Assembly: GCA_965202585.1 (NCBI GenBank)
Contig: OZ241833.1
Span: 43,772,001-43,836,000, forward strand
Length of the DNA: 64,000 nucleotides
From: Thalia democratica
Lineage: Eukaryota
Reading direction: 5' to 3'
The notes beneath the pieces are model-generated. The model did not search any database and was not told the DNA's origin. It saw nothing but the letters and a program-made list of their open reading frames with translations. Each line of letters opens with the position of its first letter. The stretch's first letter is position 1. The translations under genes and the position numbers were made by a program. Shown in pieces: positions 26,901 to 36,142 of the stretch.

Positions 26901-27894
26901 CTCTGCTCGCTACCTTGCGTTCCAACCAGCCTTTCAGATCGGCGCACGCATGGGGGTAGTGCGACAGCTGCGTATCGGAGCCGCTCTCTTCCGGTTCTTC
27001 TTTGCTCGCTACCTTGCGTTCCAACCAGCCTTTCAGATCGGCGCACGCATGGGGGTAGTGCGACAGCTGCGTATCGGAGTCGCTCTCTTCCGGTTCTTCT
27101 CTGCTCGCTACCTTGCGTTCCAACCAGCCTTTCAGATCGGCGCACGCATGGGGGTAGTGCGACGGCTGCGTATCGGAGTCGCTCTCTTCCGGTTCTTCTT
27201 TGCTCGCTACCTTGCGTTCCAACAAGCCTTTCAGATCGGCGCACGCATGGGGGTAGTGCGACGGCTGCGTATCGAAGTCGCTTTCTTCCGGTTCTTCTTT
27301 GCTCGCTACCTTGCGTTCCAACCAGCCTTTCAGATCGGCGCACGCATGGGGGTAGTGCGACGGCTGCGTATCGGAGTCGCTCTCTTCCGGTTCTTCTCTG
27401 CTCGCTACCTTGCGTTCCAACCAGCCTTTCAGATCGGCGCACGCATGGGGGTTGTGCGACGGCTGCGTATCGGAGTCGCTCTCTTCCGGTTCTTCTTTGC
27501 TCGCTACCTTGCGTTCCAACCAGCCTTTCAGATCGGCGCACGCATGGGGGTAGTGCGACAGCTGCGTATCGGAGCCGCTTTCTTCCGGTTCTTCTCTGCT
27601 CGCTACCTTGCGTTCCAACCAGCCTTTCAGATCGGCGCACGCATGGGGGTAGTGCGACGGCTGCGTATCGGAGTCGCTCTCTTCCGGTTCTTCTTTGCTC
27701 GCTACCTTGCGTTCCAACCAGCCTTTCAGATCGGCGCACGCATGGGGGTAGTGCGACAGCTGCGTATCGGAGCCGCTTTCTTCCGGTTCTTCTCTGCTCG
27801 CTACCTTGCGTTCCAACCAGCCTTTCAGATCGGCGCACGCATGGGGGTAGTGCGATGGCTGCGTATCAAAGTCGCTTTCTTTGCAACCTCTGCG
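23971..27894 (-). CDS. Ariadne (RBR E3 ligase)-derived reading frame: 32 x 33-aa repeats, half IBR zinc site and Ariadne domain, with no RING1 or RING2. It has no in-frame ATG until 24654 and may be a pseudogene or an internal exon.
   Basis: The C-terminus (EYLRVYAEHKKS...FLQKACKNLRESRRCMMISCVYTY...FLQSFVEKLGEFLEND...DFCEKHRKAILEYI) matches the Ariadne domain pattern of ARIH1/ARI-1. CFECKQPSHYPLAC...W matches the second Zn site of the IBR (C-x2-C-x4-H-x4-C). The frame is open from just after a TAA near 27895-27897. The ORF-track start at 27816 is TTG, and the Met-initiated portion 24654-23971 is 227 aa. Confidence 0.75.
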   Translation of the reverse strand, partial: RRGCKESDFDTQPSHYPHACADLKGWLERKVASREEPEESGSDTQLSHYPHACADLKGWLERKVASKEEPEESDSDTQPSHYPHACADLKGWLERKVASREEPEESGSDTQLSHYPHACADLKGWLERKVASKEEPEESDSDTQPSHNPHACADLKGWLERKVASREEPEESDSDTQPSHYPHACADLKGWLERKVASKEEPEESDFDTQPSHYPHACADLKGLLERKVASKEEPEESDSDTQPSHYPHACADLKGWLERKVASREEPEESDSDTQLSHYPHACADLKGWLERKVASKEEPEESGSDTQLSHYPHACADLKGWLERKVASREEPEESDSDTQLSHYPHACADLKGWLERKVASREEPEESDSDTQLSHYPHACADLKGWLERKVASKEEPEESDSDTQPSHYPHACADLKGWLERKVASKEEPKESGSDTQLSYYPHACADLKGWLERKVASREEPEESDSDTQPSHYPHACADLKGLLERKVASREEPEESDSDTQLSYYPHACADLKGWLERKVASKEELEESDSDTQLSHNPHACADLKGWLERKVASREEPEESGSDTQLSHNPHACADLKGWLERKVASREEPEESDSDTQLSHYPHACADLKGWLERKVASKEEPEESGSDTQPSHNPHACADLKGWLERKVASREEPEESDSDTQPSHNPHACADLKGWLERKVASREEPEESDSDTQPSHNPHACADLKGWLERKVASKEEPEESDSDTQPSHNPHACADLKGWLERKVASREEPEESDSDTQPSHNPHACADLKGWLERKVASREEPEESDFDTQPSHYPHACADLKGWLERKVASREEPEESDSDTQPSHNPHACADLKGRLERKVASREEPEESDSDTQPSHNPHACADLKGLLERKVASKEEPEESDFDTQPSHNPHACADLKGWLERKVASREEPEESDFDTQPSHYPHACADLKGLLERKVASKEEPEESDSDTQPSHNPHACADLKGWLERKVASKEEPEESDSDTQPSHYPHACADLKGLLERKVASKEELEESDFDTQPSHYPHACADLKGLLERKVASKEEPEESDSDADSDEGPEGGEREDMYSSDSSCDESATEVADRFEDQCSAGDKVCFECKQPSHYPLACAMMKDWMDKRQKVEEPEESDSDADSDEGPEDGEREDQFAEYLRVYAEHKKSIEKEGKVSMEEVYERLGNTAEGDGEEMEVDDVKRLGTFRERMFLQKACKNLRESRRCMMISCVYTYNIADKEQRMMFKESTDFLQSFVEKLGEFLENDVSKLRGDQEKMREMEGVVDFCEKHRKAILEYIKEN
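24700..27880. repeat. 99-bp tandem repeat (minisatellite), 32 units, about 60% GC
   Basis: The marker cagatcggcgcacgcatgggg recurs from 24757 to 27826, and 3069 = 31 x 99, so there are no indels. One unit counted by hand has 59 of 99 G+C and 11 CpGs. Confidence 0.98.
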
Positions 27895-28757
27895 TTAAGT
27901 ACTATGATAAACCACCTCTGGTGTCTTGTTAGAAAAATTGTTCCTTTAAGCTTGTTTTATGGTTATACCAGTAAATCAGTCAAAGCTAAGGTTGCTGATC
28001 TTTAAATCATAAAACAAATCAGTAAAACGCCTAAACATTTAGAAAAAAAACAATGAGTTACCTAATCGTCATGTTTAATCTAATGAGAAGTAAGATTTAG
28101 AAGAACTTATTGGAAGTAATTACATGTTTTTTTTTTATCCTAGACTGCAGTCATTCATTTCATATTTAAAACCGCAAGAACAATGGACTAGCGACAAAGA
28201 TTACTTAGAGGCAAGAGAAATACTTAATTACATGAGTGTTGTCAATGACGCTGCCAAAAGAGAGCTAAATTGTTCCGCGATTTTATAATTTCGTCGAGAA
28301 ATGAAGACACGTATCAAAATAATTTATAATTTATCAAGGAGGATAGGAAGCAACTACCAAACCTCAGAATTATGAATAGTTCAAGAAAGAAGATATTGTA
28401 ATTCGTTTTACTTTCGAGTTTAATAAAATACTTCAATTCTCAAACGAATAATTGTGGTTATTGAATTTTTTTTAAGCGATGACGATCTGAATAAATGTTT
28501 AAAAATCTTTTTGAGAAATAAGTAGTACAAGTTACTTAATAACAAAACTTAAAAAAAGTTTTCAGAAAATAAAAATAAAATCGACCTTTTCAAGTATACC
28601 GAAATAAAGCAAAATTTTTGAAATTAATTAGCTCCAACATGCTTAAAGCGAATAAATTTTTTTGTTCTCTCTATTTATGTGAATCCCCTAAACCTACAAA
28701 AATGGATAAAGCAAAGTTCTTAAGCTTTCATTTTTGAGGGGCAACAGATGCACCCTA
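27882..28757 (+). mobile_element. 3' part of a decayed hAT-superfamily (hATm-like) transposon
   Basis: It encodes NHLWCLVRKIVPLSLF and SVVNDAA.R, which are degenerate hAT transposase C-terminal motifs. The right terminus ...gatgcacccta resembles a TAGGGTG TIR. It is paralogous to 48712-49572. Confidence 0.7.
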
Positions 28758-30011
28758 ATGTATACAAAGCCACAGCCACATATAAGGAATACATTTATTA
28801 AAGGGAAGTTTCTTTCAAAACAAGATGGCAACAAAACAAGTACAGCTTCCTCAAGAAATTACAAACAACAGTCCCGGCTAAAGCCACCTTATCAAATAAT
28901 ACTCAAAATTAAGTCGCAAATGATATTTAAAATCAAACTGCTCAGTACCCAGAATGGCAGACAATTTCTATATACGATATCTAGAAAGAATTGCTACTGT
29001 AGAAACGGACAGAGATAAAGCGATTTATGTAAGTAAAGAACTAACTTCCGCGTGCCCTTGTTTTATATCTAGTTATTTGTATTTCTTATTTATTTTTTGT
29101 CATTTTGTAAAGCTATTATTATTTTTGTTATCCTAACTTTTTTTTAATCATTATTGTGAGTTTTTTTTTGAAGTGTTTTTTGATTTTGACGAGTGTTTTT
29201 GCTTACTTTTCATTTTAGAATTAATCAATGTTTTTTATAATTACTTAGATACATAATTACAATGAGGAATAAACTACAAATTAATTAATTTCACGTTACT
29301 TGATCTTACGACAATATTTGTGTTATTTTATTTTTACCTATAAAACTCTGAGGATACTTTTAGGAGTAACAGTGTCAGATAAAGTAACAATTGTCGAATA
29401 AAGTTATAACAAAGTTAATATACTTTTTTTTTTTTTGCACATAAAAGCTCTGATTGTAAATTTTACTACCGATCAAAGCTATTTAAGTTTAAATCTATAG
29501 ATTAACTTTTTGTGTACTTTTCTTATACTAAAATGCAAAAAGTTTTAACTTAAATGTTGCTTTTTAGGTACCTAAAACGTTTTAAGTTAAAACACTTTTA
29601 CCTTACTTAGTTTATTTGTAACTTGACATTTAGAGATCTTTATACAGAATAATTAAAAAATCTTAACTTATAAAAGCTTGTTTGAGTATAAAGCTTTGCA
29701 ACGAAAATGACCACTACATTGGTTTTATTTCAAGCATTAATATAAAAAGTAAGCTGACAACAACAAGTACATAAAACCTACTATAAAAATATATACAAAA
29801 TAATAATAGACTTTTTCAAAAGAATTAAAAATATTCAATTTTAATTAGTTTGGAAGATATTTTGTCACTATGTTTTAAGAAGGAATACATATTTTCTAGA
29901 ATATTACAAACATAACATTTAAAAAAAAACAAATGATGTAGCTTTTTTCAAGTGTTTGAAAACTAAACATATATATATATATATATATACATATTAAACA
30001 TGTGTTTAGTG

Positions 30012-30250
30012 CTGAGTTTCCCAAAGTGGGCCGTGACAGATACTCAGGGGGCAACGAGCAGCAAAGGGGTAAGATCGGGGCCATGAGGTCATAATTTGAA
30101 ACTTACACTAGATATTCTTGAGTTGCAGATGAAGAGAAAAAAGGTTTTTGGTGTTTTTTATCGTAGTTTATAAGCAATCTTGTTGAAGGGGCCCATGGCT
30201 TTTTCAACTTCTTTAAGGGGGCTATTTGCAAGAAACTTTGGGAAACCCTG
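30012..30250. mobile_element. hAT-superfamily MITE (239 bp)
   Basis: The ends are ctgagtttcccaaag and ctttgggaaaccctg, with an exact 8-bp TSD gtttagtg. The site is empty in the paralog at about 41560-41580. Confidence 0.85.
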
Positions 30251-30692
30251 GTTTAGTGGTACTATTACAGAATCGCTTATTTATAACCAATAGTTTATAA
30301 TTATGTTAATAAAAACTTGTCAACTAACTTAAACAATACTAGTTTTAAATTTTCCTCCCTAAAGAGTTAGTCTTTAAAGAATTTCTGTGCAAGTGCCAGT
30401 AATAAGTTTATTTAACTCTAAATATATAAGTAATTAAAATGAAATAAATTGAACTGACTTATATAAGTTCATACTTGAAATATTTTTCAACCACACAATA
30501 ATATTCTTTATAAACAATAAGACTAAAAACTTTAAACCACTAAAACTTAAACTAGTTATAAATACAACTCAGATACAATAACTTGACATATAAAATTTTA
30601 GATTATCAAAATTAATGTATATCACTAAATTATGTAATTTTGTGATTTTTATTCAATTCAAATTTTTTTAGCTATTTACAAGTCTATTTGCA

Positions 30693-32588
30693 ATGATAAA
30701 ACTTTCATTTAAACTTGATGTTAGTTCGACCAAATTGCTTATTGGATTTGTTGGAGTGTCAGCCACGTTGGGTGCTCTTTACTACTTGTCTCATCAAAAC
30801 AGAACAACCAAATCTTTAAAGAGTGACGACGAAATATCCACAGGAGAAAGAAAAAAATTTTGTAGGTTGAATGGAAATAAATTAGGGTTAGTAAGTCAAA
30901 ATAAAATCAAAAATAAAGAAAATCATAACGTGAAAGTTGTTTCAAATATTTGCGAATTGCATCCTGAAAATAATCATCACAAAACAAACTTTGCATGTGA
31001 AGGCATTCAGGCATTGGATAATGATCCACAATCACTTAACACTGAAGCAACACAAAACAAGTTAAAGATGGTCATTTTGGATAAATCTGATGTAGGATCA
31101 CATGTTGAAAATAATAACAATAGTCAAACTAACGATGATAAACTAGAAGTAAATAATTCTCCTATGAGTGAAAATCCAGACGAAACAAGACAAAAAGAGC
31201 ACAATGAAACCAATGACGCTCCTAATAGTCGTGAAAACAAAAATATTGTTGGAAGAAAAGAAGAAACTACATTGGCAGAAGAATCAGCAGAAAAAAATAT
31301 CGGAGAAGCTAATAATCCTCAAAAAGATACCAAAGGTAATAAAAATGTTGGTAAAGTAAACCGTGTTGTTCAAAATGGAAACTCAAACAATAAATCTCCT
31401 GCGAATAAAAAAGGAGAGAAATCAAAAACAAAGGAGAAAATTAAAGCCATTGATGCTCATAAAACTCGTTAACACGAACATGTTTTTGAAACAAAAAAAA
31501 GATCTATATTGGTAGAAAATTCAATAAATTTTGGAGAGGTTCAAAATTTGGATAACAACAGACAACTTAATACCGAAGCAACAATTATACAAAACAAGGA
31601 TGAAATGGTCAATTCGGATTATTTTGATGAAGGATCACAGGTTAAGAATATTGACAATAATAAAACTAACGATTATAAACCAGAAGTGAATAAATCTCCT
31701 GTGAATGAAAACCCAGACGAAACAGAATCAAAAGAGCTCAATGGAACTAATGATGCTCATAATAGTTGTGAAGACAAAAAGATTGCTGGAACAAAAAAAG
31801 AACTCCTATTGGCAAAAAAATCAACTGAAAAAGATATAGGAGAAGCTACTGATCCCCAAAGAGATACCAGAAACAACAAAAGTGTTGATAAACATAATCA
31901 AAATGTTAAAAATGAAAATTCTAACAAAAAAGAAAGCGAACAAGTCCCGTCTAATATTGACTATTGTTCATACAATTTGAAAAAAACAATTCAGTATCTA
32001 TTTGTCAATTTGCAGCAGTTCAAAAAATTACGTAGTTTGCTCAACGATCACAAGGGCAGCAGAGCAACGAGATTTAAAAGTTTTAAAAACATCAAAGTTT
32101 TCTGTCAGACTTATGGTGAAGTTTACGACGAAATTCAAGAATGTGTAGAGCACTCTGATCTGCGATTTTTAGTAAACCAGATATTCTGTTTAAAAACAAA
32201 TCTGTGGAAAGAAGTAAGATCTGTAGAAGCATCCAGCAATAACTCAATAGGTAAAAACAATTTTAAAGTGACTGAAAATACTAAAAACTTGGTTGATGGA
32301 ATAATTGAATATTTAGAACAGTTTAAAATAGCAGTATGCTTCGCCGGTCAATGCTTATTATTTTATAAATTGAAACATATTGACCAGGTAGTTCAAGTTA
32401 ATGAACAACAAGATATCAGGTCGACTTTTAGTAAATATAAGTACAACTTGAAATTTTCGCTTGAAAAGCTTGAGAATTCTAAAGCATTTAGTGAGGTTAA
32501 TGATGTGCGAAACGACATATTAGATATAATTAAGTTAACTAAATATTCTTTTAAATGGTTTGAAGAAAATTTTGTTGGATATGCTTGA
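30693..32588 (+). pseudogene. Membrane-anchored family gene (A4, subtype B, long form) split by one in-frame stop
   Basis: The ORFs 30693-31472 and 31509-32588 are in the same frame. The TAA at 31470-31472 aligns with GAA in copy A5 (aaaactcgtTAA vs aaaagtcgtGAA). It would otherwise be 631 codons without other lesions. Confidence 0.85.
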
Positions 32589-35500
32589 AAGTACTTTTTT
32601 GAAATATTATGAGCTTTATATCATGAATCTATTAAAAACGATTATATTATTTATATGTTATTTTTTTATATGTTTGTGTATGAATTGAATTTGTTGTAAT
32701 TGTGTTTTTTATATTGAATTTACTATAACAAACTCTTCAATAATAAAAAGAATCTACTTGTTTTGACTTATAATATATAAAACAAGCTGGTTTAAAAAAG
32801 CATTATCATAATTATTTTTTAGTTATTATCATAAACTATCTGTCACCACAAAGTTTTCTAATAATCTGACTGATCATCAACAGTAGATTTAGCATACTAA
32901 AATAAACATAAAAGTTAAATTAATCAAATGTTTTTGTACAAGAATGTAGCAATTAGTAACTTGCAAAAATTTATAAGGCACTTTAGGCGTTAATTCGTAA
33001 AATTTATATAATAAACGTTAGTATCTAACAACAAAATAATTAAAAGATCAGATAGTCAGCTTAGTTTAACTATAGCTAAAAATTCAAAAATAATAAAGAG
33101 CATCATATAATTTTTTAAGTTTCTTTTTTAAACGAAAAGATGTCTCTTGAAGCTTGATACCTCTTAGTTCAAACAAATATATTGAAAAGTACGATACAAT
33201 AGTTACTGTAATTTTTGTTTGGTGTTTATAACCTTGAGCACAACTATAAAGCGTTTGTTAAAAATGTTAGCTATAAAAATGAATTTATTAAAACATTTAT
33301 TCAATAGCAATTAATTTGTTTAAAAAAGAATATTTAAGCTAGATTTATAAAACTATGTTTATTATCACCCATTTAATGTGTATAAGCTTATTTTAACTAC
33401 TTGATAAAACTCTACGCTGTTAATTTAATTTTTAAAACGTTTGAATTTTTTGTACAGGTATATAGTTATGTAAAATAAGAAATGTTTACAGTAATAAATT
33501 AATAAATTAAATATTAATGCATAGTAAAGCTATTAAACTTGATGTGTTAATGTTTATTTTAAATACTCATGACAACATTTCAAAACAGAAAGTACGATTA
33601 GATTGACTTAAAAAGGTTTATATTGAATAGATTTAAAAGTTAATAAGAATTAGAAGTGTACCTTGTATTTTTTAAATATAAAACTTGGTGCTTTAAGTAC
33701 ACAGGAAAAAAAAAACTAATATAAAAGTAAAAAAATTTATTCTAATGTTACGAATAACTATTTGATAATTAATTATAATTAAACTGAATTAAAGATATTT
33801 TGTGAATATTTCAAACGCAGTTAACAAAATATTTATAATCTAAACAGTAACCATATCATATTTAGAACCCGTTTATTCGAATTTTTACTTTTAATATTAT
33901 TAAAGATATATTTTGTAAAATGAAAAGCTATAACAAATCAGGTTCAGATAAAGTTTTAAATTTAAGTATGATATTGTCAAATTGAAAAAACTCTTCGTAA
34001 AAATTCAAGTACTGAAAAACACTAAAACTTCTCATGCTGTACTGGTTTAAGAAGTATTTATCAAAGTCGCTTCATTTGTTGAATGGTCAAATCAATAGCC
34101 ATTTTACTTTGCAATAACATAACAAAAAATAATGCAAAGAAAGACTTAAACGTCCGTTTATTTTTGGGACTTATGTTTTTTGACAAACTTTTGCGTTGGT
34201 AAAGTATTACTGTGCAACATTCACAGCTATGAGTCATTTCATTTAATGAATATTAAAACTAGATAATTCACGTCATAATATTTCTAAAACTTTAATAATT
34301 TTGATTTTATTCTAGTTCAAACTAAACTTAAGTCTACACTTAATAATATAATCAATAAAACAAAAACTTTTTTCTTTAAACTTAGTAACGACCTAGTAAT
34401 CATTGAATATTAGAAAAAGAGTTCGTAAGACTGTTGAATTTGTAATGTTTTAAGAAGAAAAGCAAATAGTAAAAAGAAGTGTAAACAGGTGTTATTATCT
34501 AAAGAGAGTTTATCTATATTAAAAAAAAGTGCAATTTTTTGTGACATACCATATGAAAAAAAAATAATATAAAACATGTAAGGAAACATACTTTATAACC
34601 TTATTTTTGTTACGTAATAATCAAGCAGAGAAAATTTGTACCAAATTTGATGATATGCAAAACATATATGTAAAAATAAGTTTTTAGATTCGCCGTAATT
34701 TAAAGTATTTTAAAACGGGTCTTTAAGATTACGCAATTTCTTATTTTGATATTTTATTTGAAGTTTATATAAAAACCATGAAATAAAATAATATACATCT
34801 ATATTCAATAATAAAACAGAAAAAAATATTATCTTCTTATAAACACTTAGTGTTACTATTCATAGAAACGATCTTGTCATTATAACTATCACTCTTTTAA
34901 AGACACGTCGACTTCACAACATAATGCTTTTTAAATAATAATTATATAAATTAAATTACAGATTGTTATAATTTTTGATGTTTATTTCTGATTTTCAGAA
35001 GACTAAGATTTTTTTTTCGTCTTTTAGTCAAAAAGATTGTGATTTATAAAAGTACCAGAGATCTATAACAGTTTATATTCTTTAACATATTGGCAACTAG
35101 TGTTAGGTTGAGCAATAATTAGAGCTACTAAAATTTTCATCTATTGTTTAGCATATAGTCACTTTAATATCATGTTACTGTACTAAATAAAAACACACTA
35201 TACATAGTCAGAGATACTTTACTCCATTTCTTATACTTAAAGTATATTTATGGTAAGTAATTTAGAATTTTTGCAAGTTCTGATTTGGTTTAGTTTTACT
35301 TATGAGTTTAACTTTTGTCTATACTACTTTTACTCCTTAGTGTAACATTTTTATAAAAAAATATTAAATTTTTAGAACCAACGTTAGGGGTTTTGGGAAA
35401 ATTTAAATTCTTGAAAAAATAAGTAACACTAGCTGTGTATTTCCTTTCTTAAAGAATGATTGTATATAAAAAGAAACTATGACTTCATTAAACATCAAAA

Positions 35501-36142
35501 TAAAAGTTCTTAAATTGAAAATAAACATAACTTATTTTAACTATCTACTGTGTTAAAAGTTTATAATATGTTATTATGCTAAATAAACACATATTATACT
35601 TAGCTTTACTTTACTCTTATTATTATACTTAAATAAGATTATTATAAATAAATTTAAAAAATGTTTATTTCTGATATGGTTTTGTTTTATTTATGGATTT
35701 AACTAAGATTGTTTTTAAATTTTATTGTAACATTATAAAAAAGTTGTAAAAATTTTTTAATTAATTAAGAAAATAATGTAAAGTTGGTAATTGTGAAACA
35801 AAAAAACAATTATGTTTACCTTTTTTAAATAAATTTATAACCAATTAGATTTTATAAGCTCATTAAAAGTCAAAATAAAAACTATAAAGTTGAAAAAAAA
35901 ACCACTTGATTTTGTGTTTAAAATTTATTAGAAACTTATTAAGTTGATATTTATCTAATCAAAACGTAGAAACTTTTAATGATTGCTTATATTCAAAACA
36001 AATCATGTTTTATTAATATATAAATTGTTTTAAAATAACATATATTCAGTATAAATTTTTCTAAACTCATTTTTAAAAATCTAAAACAAATATTATTTTA
36101 TTCAATTTAAAACACTTTTAGCTATTTACAAGTCTATTTGCA

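Noticed and set aside
24700-27880. CRISPR array
   Set aside because: The units are contiguous near-identical 99-mers with no unique spacers, there are no cas genes, and the context is eukaryotic.
24618-28005. Long alternative-frame ORFs (24618-27932 +, 24772-28005 +, 24683-27838 -, and shorter + ORFs) as overlapping genes
   Set aside because: A GC-rich unit with length divisible by 3 that lacks stops in a frame keeps that frame open through the whole array. Only the 23971 frame extends into recognisable domains. The tail of 24772-28005 is simply the hAT remnant.
28734-30084. Duplicated small ORFs (28954-29136 and 49733-49960; 29896-30084 and 50658-50930)
   Set aside because: Their similarity comes from the segmental duplication. 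They span MITE and (AT)n sequence, and their reading frames are not conserved between copies.
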